This document shows, one piece after another, positions 7,790 to 18,600 of a stretch of DNA of 64,000 nucleotides. A program made the translations under genes and the position numbers. The stretch lies in assembly GCA_947453415.1 (NCBI GenBank), contig CANGGG010000004.1, positions 3,542 through 67,541 of the forward strand. The letters run 5' to 3'. Source of the DNA: Bacteroidota bacterium (GTDB lineage Bacteria > Bacteroidota > Bacteroidia > UKL13-3). The notes beneath the pieces were generated by a model. That model worked only from the letters and a program-made list of their open reading frames with translations. It was not told where the DNA came from and did no database searches. The first letter of the stretch is position 1. Each line of letters opens with the position of its first letter.

Positions 7790-10201
7790 TTAAAATTTAT
7801 AGTTGTATCCTACTCTAATTACCTGAGTTTCGTAATAATCTTTAAGAGTATATTTGAATCCATCACCTTGAATTTCCTTTTGAGTAATCATGGTGTTAAG
7901 CAAATCGGTAGCGTTTAAAAATACTTCGCCTTTTCCTTTTTGAATAGCTTTTTTTAAGCCAATATTTAATGAAAAGCGAGTGCTAATTTTCCCTTGTGGA
8001 ATAATATCGGGAGCTTGGTAAAAGGCTGAAATTTGCAAGTCAGTTTTTTTAGGTAAATGAAAATTTCCATTCCATTTTCCATTTCCCGAAAAAACTTGTT
8101 GCGAAGCAGCAGTAAAAGTATTTTCAGCTGGATATTTATTATAAACTGTAAACGCATCAATGCTATTTTGGTAAGCATTGATATTGAAATTATAGTTGAA
8201 CCACTTTGTTATTTCTTGAGAATAAGTTAATTCAATTCCCGCCATGTTACTTTTCCCCGCATTTTGCATAATGGAATAAATTAAAGTGCTTCCAGCTATG
8301 GTGCTTGCAATTCTGGTAATAGTAGCTTCCGCCATTTTCAAATATGCTGCTGCATAAAAATAACCTTTATTTAAATTCTTTTTATAGCCTAGCTCTAATG
8401 AATTTGTGAATTGTGGACGCAAAGCAGGGTTCCCCACTTTAATAATTTCGGCATCATCATACTTTGGGAATATGCGAATATCAACTTCATTTGGCCTATC
8501 AACTCTGCGGTTAAAGAAAAGAGAAAGTTTGTTGTTATCATTAATTTTATATGCCAATCTTACATTTGGAAAAGGCTGTGTATAGTTATATCCATTGCTT
8601 TTATAGGTATTATGTGTTGGATTAACTTCATATTTTAAATCTACATATTCTAGTCGTAAACCTGCTTCTAGTTCAAATAATTTATTTTCTATTACATAAT
8701 TTCCATATACCGCAGGAATAATTTCATCGTAGTTTGCCCAGCCGCCAGCATTGGTATCAAGTGGCGAATTTAAACCTGGATAAAAAGTCATATTTGTTGG
8801 AATGGAACGCCTTCTAACTTTTACTCCACCTTCTAATCTTCCATATTTTAAAGGCCTTACATAATCTAAATTCCAGTCAAAAACATGTTCATCTGAAAGT
8901 ACTTTAAATTTATCTAATCCCGTAAATGTTGGCATTATATTCGTAAAAAAATATTTTTCGTCTTCTCGGTGAAAAGTATAGTTAAAGCCAGCATTTAAAA
9001 TATGTCCCGGCTGTTTAAATTTATGCTGATAAGCAAAAGTAGCAGTAGCGGTAGATTTTAATTCATCTTCCAAAAACTGCCATAATCTTTTTCTTTCCGA
9101 TAAATCATTATTGTAATAAGGTTCATCGCCACTATCTAATATTTTTTCGCTGCTAAATAACCCAGAAATTGTGAATGAATTATTGGTATTTATGTTCCAA
9201 TCTAATCCCAATTTTGCTGTAGCAACGGTGGTTGTTCTGTTCCGTTTTGTTTGTTGTTTTATAACAATTCCATTTTCGTAAATTCTATCTACAAATTCGT
9301 TTTTGTTTAAAGTTTGATGGTATAAATAATCACCTTGAAAAAACAAATTAATTTTATTTTTCTTGTAATTTAGCGATAAACTTGGGTTTACTTTTGGGGT
9401 AAATTGAAACTGTTCTCTAATATTTGGCAAGTTGTTTTGTTTAATCCATAAAGCACCCAAACCGCCCATCATTCCAACTTTTCCATTAAAGCCTTCTTGC
9501 TTATTTTTTTTGTAAATAATATTAATAATTCCAGCATTTCCATTTGCATCATATTTTGCCGATGGATTATTTATAATTTCAATTTTTTCAATTGCCGAAG
9601 CGGGAATATTATCCAAACTAGTTTGGTTTCCAAAACCCGTTAAAGCCGTTTGTTTTCCATCTATCAGCACCATTATTTTATCATTTCCTCGCAACTGTAC
9701 TTTCCCCTCTTGAACAGTAACACCGGGTAAATTTTGCATGCTTTGCAATACAGAACCTCCACTTTGACTTACATTATCGGACAATGTGAAAGTTTTCTTA
9801 TCCATTTTATTACTTAATTCTTCTAGTTTCGAATTAATTACTACTTCTTTTAAATTATTGCTGGTTTCGGCTAATTCAATATTTCCTAAGTTTAAAAAAT
9901 CACTCAAATAACCAACTAAAAGAGTTTGTTTCTTTGTATTAAATCCAACCAATGAAAACGATAATATATAATTTCCAGTTTTGATATTACTAAACTCAAA
10001 TTCACCATTATCATTTGTTACAGTTCCTGTAACAAATGAGCTATCTTTAGCGGTTTTTACAATTACATTTACATAAGCTAGTGGCTTTTTCGATATTTTA
10101 TTTTTAACCAAACCTGATAAAGTAATAGTTGAATTTTGGGCAAATAAAAATGCTGGAAATAGTAAAAACAGTAAAACAGTTTTTATATTTTTTTGAATCA
10201 T
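7790..10201 (-). CDS. TonB-dependent receptor-like outer membrane beta-barrel with an N-terminal CarboxypepD_reg domain
   Basis: Signal peptide, LSGLVKN..PLAYVNV and NGEFEF motifs, a plug-like segment (LPGVTVQEGKVQLRG..IEKIEIINNPSAKYDA), and a C-terminal ..VGYNYKF. Confidence 0.85.
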   Translation of the reverse strand: MIQKNIKTVLLFLLFPAFLFAQNSTITLSGLVKNKISKKPLAYVNVIVKTAKDSSFVTGTVTNDNGEFEFSNIKTGNYILSFSLVGFNTKKQTLLVGYLSDFLNLGNIELAETSNNLKEVVINSKLEELSNKMDKKTFTLSDNVSQSGGSVLQSMQNLPGVTVQEGKVQLRGNDKIMVLIDGKQTALTGFGNQTSLDNIPASAIEKIEIINNPSAKYDANGNAGIINIIYKKNKQEGFNGKVGMMGGLGALWIKQNNLPNIREQFQFTPKVNPSLSLNYKKNKINLFFQGDYLYHQTLNKNEFVDRIYENGIVIKQQTKRNRTTTVATAKLGLDWNINTNNSFTISGLFSSEKILDSGDEPYYNNDLSERKRLWQFLEDELKSTATATFAYQHKFKQPGHILNAGFNYTFHREDEKYFFTNIMPTFTGLDKFKVLSDEHVFDWNLDYVRPLKYGRLEGGVKVRRRSIPTNMTFYPGLNSPLDTNAGGWANYDEIIPAVYGNYVIENKLFELEAGLRLEYVDLKYEVNPTHNTYKSNGYNYTQPFPNVRLAYKINDNNKLSLFFNRRVDRPNEVDIRIFPKYDDAEIIKVGNPALRPQFTNSLELGYKKNLNKGYFYAAAYLKMAEATITRIASTIAGSTLIYSIMQNAGKSNMAGIELTYSQEITKWFNYNFNINAYQNSIDAFTVYNKYPAENTFTAASQQVFSGNGKWNGNFHLPKKTDLQISAFYQAPDIIPQGKISTRFSLNIGLKKAIQKGKGEVFLNATDLLNTMITQKEIQGDGFKYTLKDYYETQVIRVGYNYKF

Positions 10202-10259
10202 AAATTTTGAATTGTTTTAATAATTGAAAACTATTTAGCTGTATTATTTAATAAAAAGA

Positions 10260-10688
10260 TTAGTCTTTTTCAGCCTTAATAAATTCACCTGCTGCATCAA
10301 AAAGTAAGTCAAATCCATTAATTTCAGTTTCATATATTACTGCGCCTTTATCGTCAGTAATCATTGCAGCTTCTTTTATTTTTTTTCCTTTATAGTTTGC
10401 GCTAACATATTCCAAAATATTTTTCGGTAAGTGGTCAACTCCAATTTCCACTTCGGTTTCCAATATGTTTCCATATGAGTCAAACAACACAGAATTAGCT
10501 ATTTTATTTATATTAAAACTTGCTTCAAATTTTCTTTCTTCCTTTTCCCATTTTACTTCTTTTGCGTTAGGATATTGTTTTTGGAAAGTAGCTTTAACTG
10601 ATGAAGGAACATTTTTTACTTGTAATTTTTGTGAAAAGGTTAGCGTTGAAATCATTGCTGATACTACCATGAGTATTATTTTTTTCAT
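10260..10688 (-). CDS. PepSY-like periplasmic protein (DUF2874 type)
   Basis: Signal peptide. VPSSVKATFQKQYPNAKEVKWEKE and a second half-repeat LPKNILEYVSANYKGKKIKEA. Confidence 0.6.
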   Translation of the reverse strand: MKKIILMVVSAMISTLTFSQKLQVKNVPSSVKATFQKQYPNAKEVKWEKEERKFEASFNINKIANSVLFDSYGNILETEVEIGVDHLPKNILEYVSANYKGKKIKEAAMITDDKGAVIYETEINGFDLLFDAAGEFIKAEKD

Positions 10689-11003
10689 TAGATTATAGGT
10701 TTAATTTTTGTTGCAAACTATTCAACTTTCTCTACTTAATTTTAGTTTTAAAAAACTTTACAATTATTACACAATAAATGCTTTTTGATTGATTTCATTT
10801 ATAGCCGTTTACCATAAATTATTTAATTATTTGATAACACAGAAATCTAAACTAAATTGCTTTTACTAGCAATTGGTTTTTAAAATATAAATACAGTATT
10901 CTTTACTTTTTTATTTGCCGAAACCGTATGAAATTATTAAAACATATTTACAAATAATTGCTTTATTTTGTCGAATAAAAAAGGAAGCAGTTATTGCTAT
11001 AAA

Positions 11004-11681
11004 ATGAAGATTTTAATACTGGAAGACGACTTTACTTTATCTAAAGAAATAAAACAATTTCTTGAATCAAAATTATTTGAATGTGATGCCGTTTACGATG
11101 GAATTTTGTTGTTTAAACAAACACAATTAAGCAAATATGATTTGTTTATTTTGGATATAAATGTACCCGGAATGAATGGTTTTGAAGTTTGTAAAAAAAT
11201 TAGAATTACTGATAAAGAAACGCCCATTTTAGTACTAACCGCCTTTGGTGAAATAAGTGATAAAGTTACTGCTTTTAATAATGGAGCAGATGATTATTTA
11301 GTAAAACCTTTTCATTTTGACGAATTATTTATTCGTATTTCTGCTTTGCTACGCAGAAAAAATAATCCTCAACTTACTGATGAAAAAATAAAAATTGCCG
11401 ATCTAGAAATTAACTTAACTGAATCAATTGTAAAGCGAAATAATTTAGAAATTATTCTTTCGCCAAAAGAATATCAACTATTGATTTTATTGGCTAAAGC
11501 CAAAGGAAAATCTGTTTCAAAACAAGTAATTGCCGACACTATTTGGGAGTATAATATAGAAACTAATTTTAATACGATTGAGGTTTATATCAATTTTTTA
11601 CGCAAAAAAATTGATAAAGATTTTGATGTAAAATTAATTCATACTAGAACAGGTTTTGGCTATTTTTTAAAGGCGGATTAA
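11004..11681 (+). CDS. OmpR-family response regulator (receiver plus winged-helix domains)
   Basis: MKILILEDD, LFILDINVPGMNGFEV, and a C-terminal trans_reg_C-like LIHTRTGFGY. Start moved to ATG 11004. Confidence 0.9.
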   Translation: MKILILEDDFTLSKEIKQFLESKLFECDAVYDGILLFKQTQLSKYDLFILDINVPGMNGFEVCKKIRITDKETPILVLTAFGEISDKVTAFNNGADDYLVKPFHFDELFIRISALLRRKNNPQLTDEKIKIADLEINLTESIVKRNNLEIILSPKEYQLLILLAKAKGKSVSKQVIADTIWEYNIETNFNTIEVYINFLRKKIDKDFDVKLIHTRTGFGYFLKAD

Positions 11682-11682
11682 C

Positions 11683-13050
11683 ATGACACTTAAAAAGAAA
11701 ATTGCCATTTATAGCAGCTTGTTTTTCTCCATTATTTTTGGATTGACTTCTATATTGGTTTATGTACAATTTTCAAATTTTAGAGAAGAAGAATTTAAAG
11801 AACATTTAGAAGAAAAAGCGCTTACTTCTATCAATTTAATGGTAGAAGTTCAAAAAGTTGATAAACAATTATTGCAGTTAATTGATAAGAATTCTATCCA
11901 TAAACTTTTTAACGAAAAGACACTTATTTTTAACGATAGTTTTCAGCTTATTTACAGCAGTGTTGACGATGTTGTAATTCATTGGACTGTTGATGATTTG
12001 CGAAAGTTAAAAAAAGACAAATCGTTTTTTAAATCAGATGGCGTCTATGAGATTTTTGGTATTTATTATGAAACAAAAAATGCAAATTATTATACGCTTA
12101 TTTCAGCTGAAGATAAATATGGAAATCGGAAACTTCAGTTTTTAAGTATAATTTTACTGGTAACTTTTTTAATTGCAACGGTATTAGTTTGGTTGGCATC
12201 GTTTAATTTTACTCGTAAACTAATGTTACCTCTCGATATATTTCAAAAGAAAATTACTAATATTAGTTTAAATAATTTAACTGAAAGGTTTACTGAAAAT
12301 AATAAAAAAGATGAAATAAATTTGATAGCAAAGGCATTTAATCAAATGATGTTTAGGATTGAAAAATCTTACAAAATACAACAAGAATTTTCAGCCAATG
12401 CATCGCATGAATTACGTACTCCAATAGCTAGAATCATTACGCAGTTAGAGAATTTAGAGCAATTTGAAAAGCATTCGGATGAGACAAAAAAATATATGCT
12501 AAGTTTAAAAAATGACGCTAGTCAAATGGCAGATTTAGTTACTTCTTTATTACTACTTTCAAAGGTTTCTGACACTGAAATTGAATTATTGAAAGGCAAA
12601 AAAAGATTAGATGAAATTATTTTTGATGCCATTTCAATTGTTAAAAAAAGCCATGCAGATTTTCATTCAAGTTTTGAGTTAATAGAAAATCCATTATTTG
12701 AGTATAAATTAGAAATTGCTTGTAATGAAACTTTATTGACAATTGCTTTTGTAAATTTACTCAAAAATGCTTGTCTGTATTCTATCGATAAAAAGGCAAT
12801 TATTCAAATAAATCATCCCAATAATGACCAATTAATTGTTAGCATAAAAAACAATGGCAATGTGTTAAATAATGAAGAGCAAGAAATTCTTTTTCAAGCA
12901 TTTATGCGGGGCAAAAACTCATTGAATAAACCGGGATCGGGCTTAGGTTTAAGTATAGCTCAGCGAATTTTTAAATACCATAAGGCACAGCTTAATTATT
13001 CTGTAAATGAGAACAATTTAAACAAGTTCGAAATTATTTTTGTGCTTTAA
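11683..13050 (+). CDS. Sensor histidine kinase (two TM segments, HisKA, HATPase_c)
   Basis: H-box SANASHELRTPIARI, N-box LLKNACLYS and G-box GSGLGLSIAQ. Starts 2 nt after the regulator stop. Confidence 0.85.
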   Translation: MTLKKKIAIYSSLFFSIIFGLTSILVYVQFSNFREEEFKEHLEEKALTSINLMVEVQKVDKQLLQLIDKNSIHKLFNEKTLIFNDSFQLIYSSVDDVVIHWTVDDLRKLKKDKSFFKSDGVYEIFGIYYETKNANYYTLISAEDKYGNRKLQFLSIILLVTFLIATVLVWLASFNFTRKLMLPLDIFQKKITNISLNNLTERFTENNKKDEINLIAKAFNQMMFRIEKSYKIQQEFSANASHELRTPIARIITQLENLEQFEKHSDETKKYMLSLKNDASQMADLVTSLLLLSKVSDTEIELLKGKKRLDEIIFDAISIVKKSHADFHSSFELIENPLFEYKLEIACNETLLTIAFVNLLKNACLYSIDKKAIIQINHPNNDQLIVSIKNNGNVLNNEEQEILFQAFMRGKNSLNKPGSGLGLSIAQRIFKYHKAQLNYSVNENNLNKFEIIFVL

Positions 13051-13125
13051 GCTATTTTTAAGTATTGACTTAAGCATAATTTAAGTACTTGATTTCATCT
13101 TTGCCCAATAATTAAAGGTATTTAA

Positions 13126-14373
13126 ATGAAAAATGTTGTTCTAATTTGCTTTTGTTTTTTTCTTACTAAAACCAATGCACAACAAACTTTTACTATTGAA
13201 GAATGTGAAAATCAATTCACAAAAAATAACTTACTTTTAGTAGCCGCGCAATTCAATGTTGATGCTTCAAAAGCAGCAATAATTCAAGCTAAAACCTGGG
13301 ATAATCCTTATTTTTCTGGTGAATTTAATTTATATAATCCCAATAATCAGCGGTATTTTGATGCGGGAAATAGTGGTCAAAAAGCATTTGCTATTCAACA
13401 ACTCATTTATTTAAGTGGAAAAAAGCACAATGAAATTGCTTTAGCAAAAACAAATAATGAAATAGCTTCACTGCAATTTGAAGATGCACTTAGAAATTTA
13501 AAAGCTGCTCTCAAACAAAGTTTTTACATTATTTATTTTAACACAAAAAAAATAGAAATATCCGATAAACAGCTATCAAATTTAGATTCTTTGATTCATG
13601 CTTATGGCATTCAAACCGAAAAAGGAAATGTGGCAATGAAAGATTTGGTGCGGTTACAATCACTATATTTTAGTTTAAAAAACGACAAAACTTTATTGGT
13701 TCAAAGCTTAATGGAAGAGCAACAAAAGTTGAAATTATTAACAGGAACAAGTGTTAATATTATTCCTCAAGTTAGTAATTTAAACAATTATTATTCCCCC
13801 GAATTTATTAAAAAATTATCAATAGACTCTTTATCGAAATTAGCCATGAATAATCGTCCAGATTTTATCATTGCCACTAAAAATATTGCTGCTAGTGAAT
13901 GGGCATTAAAATGGCAAAAAGCCATTGCAAAACCTGATTTAACCTTAGGTGCTGCCTACGATCAAAGAGGCGGAGCTTTTAATAATCAAACCAATATTAC
14001 GTTTGGAATGCCGCTGCCAATTTGGAATAAAAATAAAGGCAATATAAAGATTGCAGAAATTCAATTAAAGCAATCAAAAGTAATGGAAAATTTTATTGCA
14101 TTGCAATTGAAAAACGAAGTAAATACGTATTATCAAAAGTGGTTAGAAGCATCAATAAATTATCAATATTTAGCCAATTCAAATACCGAAAGTTTTGAGT
14201 TAGTTTATCAAGGAGTAATTAATAATTTTAGAAAAAAAAATATTACCATTTTAGAATTTACTGATTTTATGGAAAGCTATAACCAAAGCATTCAAAACTT
14301 TAATGAAATCAGCAAAACACTCATTCTTTCGTGCGAAGATTTAAACAAAACCATTAACCAAAAAATATTTTAA
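13126..14373 (+). CDS. TolC-family outer membrane efflux protein (CzcC-like)
   Basis: Signal peptide, two OEP-like repeats, and its position ahead of the MFP and RND genes. Confidence 0.8.
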   Translation: MKNVVLICFCFFLTKTNAQQTFTIEECENQFTKNNLLLVAAQFNVDASKAAIIQAKTWDNPYFSGEFNLYNPNNQRYFDAGNSGQKAFAIQQLIYLSGKKHNEIALAKTNNEIASLQFEDALRNLKAALKQSFYIIYFNTKKIEISDKQLSNLDSLIHAYGIQTEKGNVAMKDLVRLQSLYFSLKNDKTLLVQSLMEEQQKLKLLTGTSVNIIPQVSNLNNYYSPEFIKKLSIDSLSKLAMNNRPDFIIATKNIAASEWALKWQKAIAKPDLTLGAAYDQRGGAFNNQTNITFGMPLPIWNKNKGNIKIAEIQLKQSKVMENFIALQLKNEVNTYYQKWLEASINYQYLANSNTESFELVYQGVINNFRKKNITILEFTDFMESYNQSIQNFNEISKTLILSCEDLNKTINQKIF

Positions 14374-14374
14374 C

Positions 14375-15466
14375 ATGTTCAATAAATCAATATTATTCTT
14401 CACAAGTTTTTGCATAATTACATTTTTAGCTTGTAATGAAAAAAAGAAAAATGCTGAAACAGCACAAGCATTTGTATTAAGTGATGTTATGTTAAGCTCT
14501 ACTGCTACTGCCATTGCCACCACATCGCCATTAAAAAACGAAATATCTTTTTATGGAAAAATAACTGCAGATAACAATAAAATGATAGACATATATCCAA
14601 TTGTGGGTGGAAACGTAACTAAGGTTTATGTGGAGTTAGGTGACTATGTAATAAAAGGACAAATTTTAGCAACTATTCAAAGTACTGAAGTTGCAAGTTT
14701 TGAGAAAGATTTAGACGATGCAGGAAACGATGTAATTGTAAATAAAAATAACTTAAAAGTAGCTCAAGAACTTTTTGAGGGAAAATTAACATCAGAACGG
14801 GATGTAATAGAAGCAAAAAGTCATTTGGATAAAGCACAATCACAGTTAAAACGAATATTAGAAACTTATAAAATTTACAACTTAAAAAAAGGGGCTATTT
14901 ATGAAGTTCGTTCACCTCTAACAGGATTTGTTTTGCAAAAAAACATTAACCAAGACATGCTTTTGCGTAACGATATTAGTGACAATATTTTTGACATTGC
15001 CGAAATAGATGAAGTATGGGCAATAGCCAACGTAAACGAAAGTGATATTAACCAAGTAAAGCTAGGAATAGCTGCAGCTGTTACAACTTTAAGTTATCCT
15101 GATAAAGTTTTTAATGGCAAAGTAGATAAAATATTTAACATCATTGATCCTGAAACAAAGGCCATGAAAGTGAAAATAATTTTGAAAAATGATAGTTTTT
15201 TATTGAAACCAGAAATGCGTGCAAACATCAAATTATCATACACTGAAAACAATATGCAAATGATAAATATTCCTTCGGAAGCAGTAATTTTTGATAAAAG
15301 TAAAAACTTTGTGATGATATTTAAAGACAGAAATAATATTGAAACCAGGCAAGTAGAAGTATTTAGACAAATTGGTAACACCACTTATATTTCATCAGGA
15401 CTAAAAGATGGCGAAAAAGTAATGACCAAAAATCAGTTATTGGTTTATGATGCGCTTAATGATTAA
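14375..15466 (+). CDS. Efflux RND periplasmic adaptor (MFP, CzcB/HlyD-like)
   Basis: Lipoprotein-like LAC, a biotinyl-lipoyl-like GGNVTKVYVELGDYVIKGQILATI, and a coiled-coil hairpin. Starts 2 nt after the TolC-like stop. Confidence 0.85.
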   Translation: MFNKSILFFTSFCIITFLACNEKKKNAETAQAFVLSDVMLSSTATAIATTSPLKNEISFYGKITADNNKMIDIYPIVGGNVTKVYVELGDYVIKGQILATIQSTEVASFEKDLDDAGNDVIVNKNNLKVAQELFEGKLTSERDVIEAKSHLDKAQSQLKRILETYKIYNLKKGAIYEVRSPLTGFVLQKNINQDMLLRNDISDNIFDIAEIDEVWAIANVNESDINQVKLGIAAAVTTLSYPDKVFNGKVDKIFNIIDPETKAMKVKIILKNDSFLLKPEMRANIKLSYTENNMQMINIPSEAVIFDKSKNFVMIFKDRNNIETRQVEVFRQIGNTTYISSGLKDGEKVMTKNQLLVYDALND

Positions 15467-15647
15467 TGAAATGGCAATTTATGAATCAATATTGTTTTTA
15501 AAAAAGAAGAAACATATAGACAAGCTCAATGTCCTTGTTCGTTGAGTTTTTCAAAATGAATTTCAAATAGAAATACTTAAATAAACTACACTGAATAATT
15601 ATAATAAAAAATAATTCATAACACATCATTTATAATTCATCAATATT

Positions 15648-18600
15648 TTGAATAAAGTAATAAAAAATATCATCGCATTTTCGTTAAAGAATAAACCCTT
15701 TACATTTTTTTGGGTTATTCTTTTGGTAATTTCCGGAATAGTAGCATTTAAAAATATGCCTATTGAAGCCTTTCCCGATGTTACCAATACTCAAATAATT
15801 ATTGTTACAGAATGGAACGGTAGAAGTGCCGAAGAAATTGAACGATTTGTAACCACGCCCATTGAAATTGCCATGAACTCGGTTCAAAAGAAAACCAGCG
15901 TTCGTAGCATTACCATGTTTGGTTTGTCGGTTATAAAAATAATTTTTGACGATGATGTTGAAGATTTTTTTGCAAGGCAACAAGTCAATAATCAATTAAG
16001 AACCATTTCACTTCCCGATGGTGTAGAACCTGATGTTCAGCCGCCTTATGGTCCAACTGGTGAGGTGTTTCGTTATACTTTAAAAAGCGATAAACGTGAT
16101 TCAAGAGAATTATTAACCATTCAAAACTGGGTAATAGATAGACAGCTTCGATCTGTTTCTGGTGTAGCTGATTTAGTGGCTTTTGGTGGCCGTGAAAAAA
16201 CGTATGACGTAAGTGTGGATCCGAACCGTTTGGCTAAATATAATATCACTCCTTTAGAAGTTTTTCAAGCCATTAATGTAAGTAATTTAAATGTTGGTGG
16301 TGATGTAATTGAAAAAAATGGTCAAGCTTATGTAGTGCGTGGTGTTGGTTTATTGGGAAGTATCAAAGACATTGAAAATATTATTATTGATGATGCCGGT
16401 GGCAATCCAGTTTTGGTAAAAAATGTAGCTGAAGTGGAAGAAAGTTCACTTCCAAGAGTTGGTCAAGTGGGACTAAATGCTAACGATGATGTAGTAGAAG
16501 GAATTGTGGTAATGCGAAAAGGAGAAAATCCTAAAGAAGTATTGGAAAGAATCAAAACAAAAATTGATGATTTAAACAATAGGGTTTTACCAAGCGATGT
16601 AAAAATGGAAACCTTTTACGATCGAGATAATTTAATGAATTACACCACCAAAACTGTTATGCATAACATGTTGGAAGGCATTTTATTTGTTACCGTAATT
16701 GTATTTTTATTCATGGCCGATTGGCGAACAACTATAACCGTTTCTATCATTATTCCATTGTCGTTATTGTTTGCGTTTTTATGCTTAAAATTAAAAGGCA
16801 TGAGTGCCAATTTGCTTTCGTTGGGGGCGGTTGATTTTGGAATCATTATAGACGGGGCGGTGGTAATGGTGGAGGGAATATTTGTTACACTCGATCACAT
16901 TGCCAATAAGCGGGGAATGGCCGCATTTAATAAACTCTCAATTGGAAGCGTAATTAAAACTACTGGTACGGAATTAGGAAAAGCTATTTTCTTTTCAAAA
17001 CTAATTATCATTACTGCATTATTACCCATTTTTGCATTTCAAAAAGTAGAAGGAAAAATGTTCTCTCCTTTGGCTTATACCTTAGGTTTTGCATTATTAG
17101 GTGCATTACTTTTTACCTTAACTTTGGTTCCAGTTTTATGCCATATTTTTTTAAATAAAAATGTAAAAGAAAAGCATAATCCTTTTGTAAATTTTTGGAA
17201 TAAAATAGTAGAAAATGGTTTTGCTTGGACATTTAAACACAAACGAAAAACACTCATCATTACATTAACTTTAATGGGATTAACGTTTTTCTCCGCTTCA
17301 TTTTTAGGAACTGAATTTTTACCCCAATTAAATGAAGGCGCTTTATGGGTAGAAGCCAAATTCCCAATGAGCCAAAGCTTAAAAGAAACAGTGAACAAAA
17401 CGGCTATTTTAAGAAAAGAATTACAAAAATTTCCTGAGGTTAATGGTGTGCTTTCGCAAGTAGGACGTAGCAATGATGGAACTGATCCAAGTGGTTTTTA
17501 TTATGTGCAAATGCAGGTTAATTTAAAACACAAAGACGATTGGAATAGGAAAATTTCGATGGATGATTTAGTGCGTGAAATGGACGATTCACTTTCAAAA
17601 TATCAAGGAATAGGATATAATTATTCTCAACCAATTATTGATAATGTTGCAGAAAGTGTAGCTGGTATCAACGCCTCAAATGCAGTAAAAATTTATGGCG
17701 ATGATTTAGAAAAGTTAGATGAAATAGCTGATAGCGTTTTAAAACAAATAGAACATGTTGAAGGAATTAAAGATGTTGGTATTTTAAGAAATGTTGGTCA
17801 GCCAGAAATGAGCGTGGTGTTAGACAGAGAAAAAATGGCTGCATATGGTGTAAAAGCAGCCGATGCGCAAGCCGTTTTAGAAATGGCATTTGGTGGAAAA
17901 ACAGCAACACAAAAGTATGAAGGCGAGAAAAAATTTGATATACGAGTGCGTTATTTACAAGAATACAGAAAAGACGAAAATGACATTTCAAATTTAAAAG
18001 TGCCAACTATTCAAGGAGTGAAAATTCCTTTAAAAGAAATTGCCACTATTCATAAAATTACAGGTCCCGCATTCATTTATAGGGATAATACTAAACGATT
18101 TATTGGAGTTAAATTTTCGGTTAGAGATAGAGATTTAGGTGGGACCATTGCGGAAGCACAAAAAAATGTAGAGAAAAACATTAAACTTCCTGCAGGTTAT
18201 AGTATCGGTTGGACAGGTGAATTTGAAAACCAAGTGCGTGCTACTAAAAGTTTAGGGCAAATGGTTCCTATTAGTTTAATTGGTATTTTTTTCTTGTTAT
18301 TTATACTTTTTGGAAATATTAAAGATTCATTATTGGTATTAACAAACGTGCCATTTGCCATTATTGGTGGCATTATTGCTTTGCACGTAACAGGTATTAA
18401 TTTTGGTATTTCGGGCGGAGTTGGTTTCATTGCTTTGTTTGGAATTTGTATTCAAAATGGTGTAATTCTGATTTCAGAATTTCATAAAAACTTAAAAGGT
18501 AAATTGAATTTAGAAACTTCCATTAAAGAAGCTGTAAAAGTGAGAACTCGTCCAGTGGTAATGACCGCTTTAATGGCTTCCATTGGTTTATTACCTGCGG

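Noticed and set aside
10855-10881. Orphan terminator-like hairpin aattgc..gcaatt ggttttt upstream of the response regulator
   Set aside because: The stem is only 6 bp and AT-rich, and no plus-strand gene or clear promoter lies upstream. The support is too weak.
15519-15529. Identical 11-mer gacaagctcaa shared with 30251..30261, as evidence of one repeat family
   Set aside because: A single shared 11-mer is expected by chance many times in a 64-kb window. The surrounding sequences do not align convincingly.
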